Of a stretch of 64,000 bases of DNA, positions 26,944 through 35,734 are shown piece after piece (the stretch's first letter is position 1; every line of letters starts with the position of its first letter). The DNA comes from a bacterium (GTDB lineage: Bacteria > Patescibacteriota > Minisyncoccia > Phycocordibacterales > Phycocordibacteraceae). The stretch spans positions 704,001 through 768,000 of the forward strand of contig JBBCGK010000001.1 of assembly GCA_037200965.1 (NCBI GenBank). Reading direction: 5' to 3'. The notes under the pieces were generated by a model that was not told the origin of the DNA, ran no database searches, and saw nothing but the letters and a program-made list of their open reading frames with translations. The translations under genes and the position numbers were made by a program.

Positions 26944-27597
26944 TCAACGAACAGGTACGGAGTTTGGAACCGTAATGGAAGGAAGCCCGTGCGCGGCGAG
27001 CCGGGCATTTTCGAGTTCGAGGAGTTTCGCTCCAAAAGCTGTCGATCGCGCTGAAAGGATAACGTGATAACGGCGACCGCCGTTACGGAGGTCGGCTTTG
27101 GCGCCTTGCCCGGTTCCTATGTACGCATCGAATATTTTATGGGCAATTTTCTCCTGCTCGGGGACAGGAAGCGCGGCTATACGCGCAAGGGATTCGGACG
27201 GCAATACGCCGTTATGCTTTGGTGACTCAAACTCGAGAACGATGGCATGTTCGACTACCGCAAGCTCACCGAGCTTTGCGAGTTCCTGAGAGAAAAGGGT
27301 ATGTTCAACGGCTTTTTGGAAAGCCGCGCCATTGGCACGACTGAAGAAACCTCCCGAGACCGGATAGAATTTATGCGCAAGCAGGAACTGCGCGTCTGTG
27401 TCCAAATCGGCAATTCGATCCGCAAGCTTTTGTATCTCGGACTCAGATACGATTGCGTGACTATGCAGCATCTCAAGCAATCCTGGCACGACATCTAATC
27501 CCTCACCAAAGGAGGGGCGATGGGGAGTCTTTTCAGAAGCCGTAACCGCGCCATGACGACCTGCTCCGGCAGGGAAAATTTCTTCAGGATGTCTCAT
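26944..27597 (-). CDS. hypothetical protein (uncertain)
   Basis: 217-aa ORF. However, a plus-strand 83-aa ORF (27247..27498) with higher GC3 overlaps it, so the strand assignment is unresolved. Confidence 0.3.
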   Translation of the reverse strand: MRHPEEIFPAGAGRHGAVTASEKTPHRPSFGEGLDVVPGLLEMLHSHAIVSESEIQKLADRIADLDTDAQFLLAHKFYPVSGGFFSRANGAAFQKAVEHTLFSQELAKLGELAVVEHAIVLEFESPKHNGVLPSESLARIAALPVPEQEKIAHKIFDAYIGTGQGAKADLRNGGRRYHVILSARSTAFGAKLLELENARLAAHGLPSITVPNSVPVR

Positions 27598-27930
27598 GAA
27601 GTCATGATATCACCATCTTGAATGAAGACCAATGCCAGGCCGGAGGAGTTGCGTAATCCTCCTTGAACTATTAATTCGGGGAGGATGCATTATGCAACAC
27701 AGGGCAAGAGCACGCAACTACGAATCTTGAATTAGACCCCGAAGTGCACCACTGACCCCAAATGACCTCCTCCCCGGGCTCCGCTTCGCTGCGCCCGGGG
27801 TTTCCTTTTGCGGCGCTTGCGCGTGACCGCTCCGCATTCATCCCCGCGCTTGCGGGGATGAGGGATATGCGCGGGGTTTCCTGCGAACACAAAAAAGCAC
27901 ATACCCGGCCGGGTATGTGCTTTTCAAGAA

Positions 27931-27957
27931 GTCAGTTGTTGCGTTTCAGGCTCGAAT
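27931..27957 (+). repeat. solo IS30 IRR-like remnant
   Basis: TGTTGCGTTTCAGGCTCGAATTTAAGG versus IRR TGTTGCGTTTCAGGCTAGGATTCAAGCC, in the same orientation. Confidence 0.5.
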
Positions 27958-28091
27958 TTAAGGGGAATAGTCGTCTGTCCGCCATCGTTTCGCCCAATCC
28001 CGAATTCGAGAGTAAATAATCGGTACTTAAGGAGGTTTTCACCGTCCAACTCAAAGTCCCACCCCCTCCTCAAACACGCTAGAATGCTCCC

Positions 28092-29021
28092 ATGCTCAAT
28101 AACGCCTTCATTCTCATCGTCGCCCTCTATCTGCTCGGGAAGGGCTCGACCATGGCGACCGCGTACGCCGGAAGGCTTGCGGAGAGCTTCCGTCTCTCGA
28201 GGTACACCGTCGGCTTCCTCGTTGTCGCCGTCATCTCGATACTTCCGGAGACGTTCGTTTCCATAAACGCGGCCATAAGCGGGATACCGTCGTTCGGCCT
28301 CGGCGTCCTGTTCGGCTCGAATATCGCCGACCTCACGCTCATCTTCGCGATCCTCATCTTTTGCGCGGGGAGAAGCCTTAAGGTCGAGAGCAAGATCCTG
28401 AAAAACCAGGCCGCATATCCGTTTCTCCTGCTGTTTCCGCTCATCCTCGGCCTTGACGGATATTTCTCGCGGCTCGAGGGAGCCGCCCTCATCGTCGCCG
28501 GTGCGGCGTTCTATTACCTCGTCTTGCGGGAAGGAATGGACAAGGCCGCGCCGGCGGCTAGCGATACCGGCCGCTACGCGAGTCTCGGGATGCTGCTTCT
28601 TGGCATGGCGGTGCTGCTTATCGGCGCGCACTTCGCCGTCACGTCGGCCGCGGCCCTTGCCGGCGGCCTGGGAATAAGCCCGATACTTGTCGGCATGCTT
28701 ATCGTGGGCCTCGGGACGACCATGCCCGAACTGTTCTTCTCGTTGCGCGCGGTCAGGAAGAAGGACGACCCGCTCGCGATCGGCGATCTGCTCGGGACGG
28801 TGCTCGCCGACGCCACGATCGTGGTCGGCATTCTCGCGCTTGCAAGCCCGTTCGCGTTCCCGCAGAAGATCATCTATATAACCGGCGCGTTCATGGTGGC
28901 CGCGGCATTCACGCTGTTCTATTTCATGCGCTCGGGGCGCTCTCTTACCCGGCGGGAAGCGTGCGTCCTTGTGGCTTTTTGGGTAACGTTCGTCGCGGTC
29001 GAGTTCTTCGCGAATACGTAG
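28092..29021 (+). CDS. Ca2+/Na+ antiporter (CaCA / YrbG-like) family membrane protein
   Basis: Two internal alpha-repeat motifs (GSNIADLTLIFAI / GTTMPELFFSL) and ~10 TM helices. Confidence 0.65.
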   Translation: MLNNAFILIVALYLLGKGSTMATAYAGRLAESFRLSRYTVGFLVVAVISILPETFVSINAAISGIPSFGLGVLFGSNIADLTLIFAILIFCAGRSLKVESKILKNQAAYPFLLLFPLILGLDGYFSRLEGAALIVAGAAFYYLVLREGMDKAAPAASDTGRYASLGMLLLGMAVLLIGAHFAVTSAAALAGGLGISPILVGMLIVGLGTTMPELFFSLRAVRKKDDPLAIGDLLGTVLADATIVVGILALASPFAFPQKIIYITGAFMVAAAFTLFYFMRSGRSLTRREACVLVAFWVTFVAVEFFANT

Positions 29022-29206
29022 GCCTGCTGGCACCAGGCGCGAAAATCGTTCCGGCGGCGCGTCATCTACTCCTTGGCTCGTACCTGTCCTAGCGGGGTAC
29101 GTGGCGTAAGCCGCGCGCGTAAAAACCAGGGGTATTTCCACGCTTTTTAAGCGTGGTACTCTGGTCACAATCCGGGCCGCACCGCATGAGCGTGGCCACT
29201 TAATTT

Positions 29207-30991
29207 ATGAGCAACGCTCCACGTCAAAAGAAAGAAGAATCACCGTCGACCGTCACGGTGTTCCGCTTCGTGGCCGGCTATTGGAAGCGGCAGCCGAAGA
29301 AGCTGGCGCTCATCCTGTTCCTCTTCGTTACCGCGACCTTTCTCGAAGCGAAGCTCCCCGACGCGCTTTCGTCGTTCCTCGAATCGATCCGCGTCTACGA
29401 CCACGACCCCGCTCCGATACTGTGGTACTTGGGACTGTTCCTCGGCACCTATTTTTCGTACGTCATCCTCCGGAACGTGGCGTCCTTCGTCTATAACTCG
29501 TTTGAGACGCGCATCTTCACCGAACTCGTCAACGACATATTCGTGCACGTGCAGTACTTATCGGAGCGCTTCTTCGTGAACACGTTCGCCGGAAGCATTA
29601 TCACGAAGGTCAAGCGCGGGAGGGATCGGATCGAGACGTTCGAGGATCAACTCATACTCCGCCTCCTTCCGACCGCGGTCATCCTCACGAGCAGCGCCGT
29701 CCTTTTGTATTTCCGGTTTCCGACCCTTGCCATCGCGCTCGCCGCGTATCTGGTTATCGTGATCGTCGTAAGCGTGGTGATGGTCTTGCGGTTCGCGGGG
29801 CCAGCCCAGGGGCTCTATGCGAGCACGGAAGACGTATTCGGCGCTCATCTGGCGGACAGTATTGCCAGCATCGCGACGACGAAGGCGTACGCCCAGGAAC
29901 GGAAGGAGATCGGCAGGTTTTTTTCCGTCACGGAACTGTTGCGCGCGAGAAACCTGAGCGCCTACTACCGCGGGAACGCCACCGGCTTCCTTCAGCAGGC
30001 CATGCTCGGAGGAATGCTCGCGCTCCTTCTTGGGGGAGGCACGTGGTATTTCCTCCATGGCCAGGCAAGTATCGAAGACATGGCCTATCTTGCGTTCGCC
30101 TATAACATCATGCAGTCATACGTGCGGGAGGTCGGCGAGAATATCAAAAACCTCCTCACGTCGTCGTACGACCTGCACGCGGTCGTCGAACTCATGCAGG
30201 AAGTCCCGCATGTGCGGGATGCCCCGAACGCTCCCGCGCTTAACGTAGCCGGCGGCGCGATAGCGTGGAACGACGTCAGCTTTACCTATCCCGGGAAAAA
30301 GACTCCTATCTTCGAGCATTTTTCCCTTTCGATACGGGCTGGCGAGCGCGTCGCGCTTGTGGGGCACTCCGGAAGCGGCAAGACGACCTTCGTGCGGCTC
30401 CTCCAGCGCCTCTATGACGTGCAGGGCGGCGATATTCACATAGACGGACAGAATCTCAAGGAGATCGCGCAAAGCTCGCTTCGTAACGCGATCGCGCTTG
30501 TTCCCCAGGATCCCGTCCTCTTCCACCGGAGCCTCAAGGATAATATCGCGTACGCGACCCCGAACGCGACGCTCGACGACGTCAGGAGTGCCGCTACAAA
30601 AGCCCATATCGACGAGTTCATCATGCAGCTCCCCGAGCAGTACGAGACCCTGGTCGGCGAACGGGGCATCAAGTTATCGGGCGGAGAGCGTCAGCGCGTC
30701 GCTATCGCGCGCGCCATTCTCTCTGACCGGCCCATACTCATACTCGACGAGGCTACGAGCTCCCTGGACTCCGCGAGCGAACGGGCCATACAGGACGCGC
30801 TGCAGGCGCTCACCCACGGGCGCACGTCCATCATGGTGGCCCACCGCCTCTCGACCATCCAAGACGCCGATCGGATACTCGTCTTTGACGGCGGGCGCAT
30901 AATCGAGGAGGGAACCCATGCCGAGCTCGTCAAAAGGGAAAACGGAGCATACGCGCAGTTCTTCAAGCTCCAGTCGGGAGGATATGTTTGA
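29207..30991 (+). CDS. ABC transporter, fused permease/ATP-binding (MsbA/exporter type)
   Basis: Six-TM N-terminal half, Walker A GHSGSGKTT, signature LSGGERQRVAIARAIL, Walker B ILILDEATSSLD. Confidence 0.9.
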   Translation: MSNAPRQKKEESPSTVTVFRFVAGYWKRQPKKLALILFLFVTATFLEAKLPDALSSFLESIRVYDHDPAPILWYLGLFLGTYFSYVILRNVASFVYNSFETRIFTELVNDIFVHVQYLSERFFVNTFAGSIITKVKRGRDRIETFEDQLILRLLPTAVILTSSAVLLYFRFPTLAIALAAYLVIVIVVSVVMVLRFAGPAQGLYASTEDVFGAHLADSIASIATTKAYAQERKEIGRFFSVTELLRARNLSAYYRGNATGFLQQAMLGGMLALLLGGGTWYFLHGQASIEDMAYLAFAYNIMQSYVREVGENIKNLLTSSYDLHAVVELMQEVPHVRDAPNAPALNVAGGAIAWNDVSFTYPGKKTPIFEHFSLSIRAGERVALVGHSGSGKTTFVRLLQRLYDVQGGDIHIDGQNLKEIAQSSLRNAIALVPQDPVLFHRSLKDNIAYATPNATLDDVRSAATKAHIDEFIMQLPEQYETLVGERGIKLSGGERQRVAIARAILSDRPILILDEATSSLDSASERAIQDALQALTHGRTSIMVAHRLSTIQDADRILVFDGGRIIEEGTHAELVKRENGAYAQFFKLQSGGYV

Positions 30992-31142
30992 GTGCGCGTA
31001 ATAGCGCCTGTCTCAATCAGTAGAGCTTTAACGCTCGGTATATCGTCGATTTAATCTGCGCTGCTTCAAAACAGGTCTCAATAAGCTCCGACGCAGTCAA
31101 GCAGCGGAACCGCCCGAGAGCGTGCCGTGCTAGAGTTTCCGG

Positions 31143-31880
31143 ATGTTTTCGACCGAACACCTTCTCGTTTACGGAGTGCTGGGCGTTACTACGTTCGTCA
31201 ATATCGTGGTGCCCATATCGGGCTCCGCGGTCGTAACTCCTCTTCTCGCGCTTTTCACCGACCCGCATCAGGCTATCGGGATTGCTTCGGCATTTTTCGT
31301 CATAAACGGCGTCGTCCGCGCGTTTATCTTCCGCGCCAGTATTCAATGGTCGGAGGTTCGCGTCCTGCTTCTTCCGTCGGTCATCGCCGCTGCCATCGGT
31401 GCGCTTGCGCTCGTCGCCGTTCCCGAAGCGTGGTTGTTGGTTATCATTTTCTTTTTCTCGCTATACTTTCTCCTTAAGAAGCTGCGGATCAGTCCCAAGC
31501 GCGGAAAGCCGTCCCCGATCCTAAATCATTCCGTTGGAGCGTTTTCGGGTTTCCTGCAAGGAACAGGGCTGGCGGGCAGCGACCTGCGCAATCAATACTT
31601 GTATGCGCAGAATCTGAACATCGCCGAAGTCCATGGCACGACATCGCTTGTCGGCGCAGCGAATTTCTTTGTAGCAACCGCTATCCGGTTGTATACGGGC
31701 CAGCTCACGTTGCCGACAATCGAGCCGCTCGTATATCTGCTTCCCATCGTTATTCTGGCGATATGGCTTGGAAAGCGCGCGCTCTACCACATCCCCCCAA
31801 AAGTCTCAGATCGTATTGTGCTTGGCATCATGGTCATCGTCGTACTTTCCCTCGGGTATGAAATCCTGACAAGATTCTAG
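31143..31880 (+). CDS. TSUP (TauE/SafE) family membrane transporter
   Basis: 245 aa, 7-8 TM helices with the internal duplication characteristic of DUF81. Confidence 0.6.
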   Translation: MFSTEHLLVYGVLGVTTFVNIVVPISGSAVVTPLLALFTDPHQAIGIASAFFVINGVVRAFIFRASIQWSEVRVLLLPSVIAAAIGALALVAVPEAWLLVIIFFFSLYFLLKKLRISPKRGKPSPILNHSVGAFSGFLQGTGLAGSDLRNQYLYAQNLNIAEVHGTTSLVGAANFFVATAIRLYTGQLTLPTIEPLVYLLPIVILAIWLGKRALYHIPPKVSDRIVLGIMVIVVLSLGYEILTRF

Positions 31881-31944
31881 CGATCAATATATTTATACAA
31901 TTCGTGTTCCCCTAAGCGTCCCAGTCCCGTGGTACCGTAAGCAT

Positions 31945-32940
31945 ATGAAAGCCCGCGAACAGGGAGAACACTTCTTCTATACATTGCTCGGGCTCGTGGC
32001 GCTCCTGTGCCTCGCGATCTTCTGGCCGTACGCGGGCGTGATCACGGTCTCCGCGGCGCTTGCGGTCGCGCTCTCGCCGGTATTCCGCTGGTTCGACAGG
32101 CGCGTGACCCGCGGCATCCGCTGGCTCTCCTCGCTCCTTACCGTCCTCGCGTTTGCCCTGATCCTCGGCGTCCCGCTCGTGTTTCTCGGCACGATGATAT
32201 TTGCGCAGGCCGAAGGCCTTTTCACCGCCCTCGTCCACGGCGGTTCCCCGGCCTGGCTCGATTCGCTCATCCCGGCGCTCAAGGGCCTTAACATCGGGGA
32301 TTATGTCGGCGAGATCGCGTCATTTCTTCTGGGACACGCGGTGAGCATATCGGCATCGACCCTGGGCCTCCTATTCTCGCTCCTCCTTGCGCTCCTTTCG
32401 CTTTTCTTCTTCCTCAAGGACGGCAGGGCCTTTATCGAATATCTCTCCGTGCTCTCCCCGCTTACGGAAGTCCAAAGCCGCAAGATATTCGACCAGCTTG
32501 CCGCATCGATCGACGGCGTAATGCGGGGCTATATCATCATCGGCCTCGTGCAGGGAATCCTCGCGGGCGTCGGGCTGTGGCTGTTCGGGGTGCCAAACGC
32601 GCTGTTGTGGGGATTCGTGGCGGCCTTCGCTTCGATGATACCGACGATCGGCACGGCGACGATATCCGTACCGGCCATTCTCTATCTCTTCGCGGTGGGG
32701 GAGACGGTGTCGGCCATCGGCCTTGCGGCCTGGGCGGTCGTGGTCGTCGGGACGGTGGATAATTTCCTCAATCCCCTCATCGTCGGGAACCGGCTCGCCC
32801 TTCCGCCGCTTGCCGTGCTCTTCGCGGTACTTGGCGGCATCGCGCTCCTCGGTCCCGTCGGGATACTCGAGGGGCCGATCGTCGTGAGCCTCCTCCATAC
32901 CCTCGTCGTGATTTATAAGGAGGACTTCAAGCCCGCATGA
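31945..32940 (+). CDS. AI-2E family transporter (PerM/UPF0118)
   Basis: 331 aa multi-TM protein with the typical AI-2E layout. Confidence 0.65.
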   Translation: MKAREQGEHFFYTLLGLVALLCLAIFWPYAGVITVSAALAVALSPVFRWFDRRVTRGIRWLSSLLTVLAFALILGVPLVFLGTMIFAQAEGLFTALVHGGSPAWLDSLIPALKGLNIGDYVGEIASFLLGHAVSISASTLGLLFSLLLALLSLFFFLKDGRAFIEYLSVLSPLTEVQSRKIFDQLAASIDGVMRGYIIIGLVQGILAGVGLWLFGVPNALLWGFVAAFASMIPTIGTATISVPAILYLFAVGETVSAIGLAAWAVVVVGTVDNFLNPLIVGNRLALPPLAVLFAVLGGIALLGPVGILEGPIVVSLLHTLVVIYKEDFKPA

Positions 32941-33455
32941 AGAAGATACGCCTCAAGATAGCGTCGCTTGACGCCGTATTCGACCCGCTTGATCCGGAAG
33001 CGATACCGAACCGAAGGCTCTCCGCCGACTGGCTCGAATATGTGTTCGAGATGATGGAAGAGCGCGACCGCGAGTTCGGCGGCCTCTCGCTCGTCATCCC
33101 GCCGGACGTGCTCGGTCCGCGCGCTCCGCAGGAGATCGTCGACGACATGAAGCGCCAGCTCATCGCGCACGACGAGTCGCTCCGGGTGAAGCTCAAGAAG
33201 AATTTCCGCACCGGAAGGGTGACGCTCCTCCTTGCGCTCGTCGTGCTCGCGGTATTCGAAAGCCTCTCGGTCCTTTCGGGCGACTTCAATCTGGGACCGT
33301 TCCAGCAGACCTTCTCCGAAGGGTTTCTCATCATCGGCTGGGTCGCGCTCTGGCGGCCCGTCGAAATACTCCTCTACGATTGGTGGCCGATCGTCGACGA
33401 GCGCCGGAAAGTCCGCAAGCTTCTTAACGGGAAGATCGAGGTCGTAAGCCCGTAG
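32937..33455 (+). CDS. hypothetical membrane protein
   Basis: ATGA overlap with the upstream gene. Two TM helices in the C-terminal half. Confidence 0.5.
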   Translation: MKKIRLKIASLDAVFDPLDPEAIPNRRLSADWLEYVFEMMEERDREFGGLSLVIPPDVLGPRAPQEIVDDMKRQLIAHDESLRVKLKKNFRTGRVTLLLALVVLAVFESLSVLSGDFNLGPFQQTFSEGFLIIGWVALWRPVEILLYDWWPIVDERRKVRKLLNGKIEVVSP

Positions 33456-33861
33456 GGTCGCACTTTTCGCACCGGCAGCCGTGCGGCTTGATGTGCTCGT
33501 CCCAGTATTCTTTTCCATAGTCGTACGTGAGTTCCTCGCCTTCGCGTATCGCGCGTATCGATTCGATGAACACATGCCCGCGGACCGTATGCGGCTCGCA
33601 GTTCGGGCGGCAGGAGTGGTTTATGTATCCGGCCGTATTGACGCGCGGCTTTCCGTCTATCGTCTTGCGTTTGTTCACCTCGAAGAGATATTTGCTCCGG
33701 CTCGTATAGGTTTCCGCTTCCGAAAGGGTGCGGCCGACGTATTCGATGATGCGCTCTCCTTTTTTGAACGGGCGAAGGGCGAAGAGCCCGAGGCCCGCGC
33801 TTGAGCGCCGGACTGCGAGACCGTCCGAAGGGTGTTTCTTATCCCGCTTCCTGGATTTCAT
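33424..33861 (-). CDS. SET-domain protein (putative protein lysine methyltransferase)
   Basis: SET signature motifs GYINHSCRPNCE and ELTYDYG, plus a post-SET Cys cluster CRCEKC. Confidence 0.75.
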   Translation of the reverse strand: MKSRKRDKKHPSDGLAVRRSSAGLGLFALRPFKKGERIIEYVGRTLSEAETYTSRSKYLFEVNKRKTIDGKPRVNTAGYINHSCRPNCEPHTVRGHVFIESIRAIREGEELTYDYGKEYWDEHIKPHGCRCEKCDPTGLRPRSSR

Positions 33862-33885
33862 CCCGTTCTTTATACCGCACGCCGC

Positions 33886-34380
33886 TCAGTTGAGCATCCA
33901 GATCGCGTAGTTGAGGTATGCGGCGAAACTTACCCACAGCACATACGGGAGGAGAAGATACGCGGCACCCTTCGAAACTTTGCAGAACGCGGCGACGGTC
34001 GCGAGGATCGCGAGCCAGAGGAGGACGATCTCGATAAGCGCCCCGGCGGGATTATGGAAGCCGAAGAATATGACGGACCACAGCGTATTGAGGACAAGCT
34101 GGACTGCGAAAATAGAAAGCGTGGTGCGTACGCGTCTTCGGGCGAGCCCTTCGTTCCATATGAGAAACGCGGCGACGCCCATGAGCGCGAACAGGATGGT
34201 CCAGACCGGAGCGAAGATCCAAGAAGGCGGCGCGAACGCGGGCAGGACAAGCGTTGCATACCAGGTCGGGATCGCGGGGATGGTGAACAGGGAACCGATA
34301 ACGCCCGCGAGTTCGGAGACGGCAATTGCGATGACGAGCTTAAGCCAAGATGAGATGTTCATGCGGATAGTGTAGCGCAT
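33886..34380 (-). CDS. tspO: TspO/MBR (tryptophan-rich sensory protein) family
   Basis: Five TM helices, Trp-rich, 164 aa. Confidence 0.8.
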   Translation of the reverse strand: MRYTIRMNISSWLKLVIAIAVSELAGVIGSLFTIPAIPTWYATLVLPAFAPPSWIFAPVWTILFALMGVAAFLIWNEGLARRRVRTTLSIFAVQLVLNTLWSVIFFGFHNPAGALIEIVLLWLAILATVAAFCKVSKGAAYLLLPYVLWVSFAAYLNYAIWMLN

Positions 34381-34512
34381 CGTTATCAGCTAGTTTCACT
34401 GCACGCCGCGTGCGGAGAGTCTTCTTGCAAAATTCATACGCCTGCGGTTATAGTCTATTGGTGCCTGTGGGCGCAAGCCCCGTTCGGCGATGGTACACCC
34501 AAGCTGAAGAGC

Positions 34513-34553
34513 AGGCACAACAAAGGAGCCGCCTCGCGCGGCTTTTTTGTTGT
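34513..34553. terminator. long palindromic hairpin / bidirectional terminator (GGCACAACAAAGGAGCCGCC...GGCTTTTTTGTTGTGCC)
   Basis: A perfect extended inverted repeat with an internal GC stem followed by a T6 run. Confidence 0.5.
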
Positions 34554-34555
34554 GC

Positions 34556-35017
34556 CTATTCGGGATCGGCTTTTGCCAAATAGTCCGGGGCCCTGAACGG
34601 CATCACGCTGTAGAAATTAAGGGCGCCGTTTCCGATTTTCCGTACGACGACTTTAAGCTCGATGTTGACTCCCGGACGAGAAGCAATGAGTGCGACGAAA
34701 CACCAGTCCTCGATTACCTTGGCTATCCTGAAGCCGTCACCTTTGGGTCTTCCGATCGGCCCAAAATATCTCCGATGCTGTTGTACGGTTCCGGCTTTCT
34801 TGAGCACGTACGGAGCAAGCGGAAATGTCCTGTATCTTCTGATCTGGGCTTTTTTCGAACGTTCCGAACCCGCGGTGTTGTATTGGAAGTGATGGAAACC
34901 GTCCGAATTGAAACCGACATCCTGGTTAAAGTACGGACAAAATACTTTCTTGGTGCTTTCATACAGGGCCCTGGTCTGCGCTTTAAGCTGAGCACAGCAT
35001 TCGTTTTCCGTAGCCAT
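34556..35017 (-). CDS. hypothetical Cys-containing protein in a ~50% GC patch
   Basis: 153 aa (MATENECCAQL...VFCPYF...). Local GC is ~10 points below the flanks. Confidence 0.4.
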   Translation of the reverse strand: MATENECCAQLKAQTRALYESTKKVFCPYFNQDVGFNSDGFHHFQYNTAGSERSKKAQIRRYRTFPLAPYVLKKAGTVQQHRRYFGPIGRPKGDGFRIAKVIEDWCFVALIASRPGVNIELKVVVRKIGNGALNFYSVMPFRAPDYLAKADPE

Positions 35018-35077
35018 AGCGACATGGTACGTATGAAGTATAAGAAGTTTATAAAATTACGTATCGGTAGTTAGCGG

Positions 35078-35701
35078 TCAATGCGCGAGCGCGACGGGAA
35101 GAACGCGCTTCGCGCCCGCATCAAGAAGTGCGTCCGCGGCGGAGCCAAGCGTTGCTCCCGTCGTCACGACATCGTCAAGGAGGATATAGGTATAGGAAGG
35201 ATCGATAGGATTTGTTGCCGCGAAAGCCCCGCGAAGATTCTCCCTGCGTCCGGCTCCCGTAAGGGTGGTCTGCGGCGCAGTATCGCGGGTACGCGCGAGG
35301 ATATCGGCGCGAACCTCAATTCCGGCATGTTTCGCGGCCCGAAGCGCGATTGCTTCGGCCTGATTGTAGCCGCGGGAGCGAAGGCGCTCGCGCGAAAGGG
35401 GGATAGGAACGAGAACGGCCTTGCCAAAGCTCTCCTCGCTTCCCAGGTCAAGAAGATACTCGCCAAGCACTTCGCCAAGAAGCCCGAAGGCCCTCCGTCT
35501 CCCGTGATATTTCGCTTCGTGCACGAGTGCCCGGACGCGCTCGTTACCAAACGGAAGGAGTCCCGTCACAACGGGCTTGGTGCCGGGAACAAGCACTGGC
35601 TTTACAAGCCCTGCCAACAGCTCCTCGGAAACCCCGCGCACCACCCGTTCGTCGACGCGGGGAGGGAAAAGAAGATCAAGGAGCGAAGCGAACACCGGCA
35701 T
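35078..35701 (-). CDS. comF: ComF family protein (phosphoribosyltransferase domain)
   Basis: PRPP-binding motif YILLDDVVTTGATLGSA at the C-terminus. This is the C-terminal part of the long R-rich ORF 35078..36844. The start is set at the first internal ATG, but the true start may be further upstream. Confidence 0.7.
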   Translation of the reverse strand: MPVFASLLDLLFPPRVDERVVRGVSEELLAGLVKPVLVPGTKPVVTGLLPFGNERVRALVHEAKYHGRRRAFGLLGEVLGEYLLDLGSEESFGKAVLVPIPLSRERLRSRGYNQAEAIALRAAKHAGIEVRADILARTRDTAPQTTLTGAGRRENLRGAFAATNPIDPSYTYILLDDVVTTGATLGSAADALLDAGAKRVLPVALAH

Positions 35702-35734
35702 GTTCCACAGGATAGCGCATGCTAAAATGAGCCC

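Noticed and set aside
27247-27498. 83-aa plus-strand ORF (MFDYRKLTELCEFLREKGMF...) with high GC3 overlapping the 217-aa minus ORF.
   Set aside because: Not rejected outright. I could not decide between the two strands without similarity searches. The minus ORF is listed at low confidence and this one is flagged as the alternative.
27924-29168. 414-aa minus-strand ORF rich in R/E/D/H.
   Set aside because: Antisense to the well-formed CaCA antiporter gene (28092..29021), which has a coherent TM topology. The composition is an extreme low-complexity shadow.
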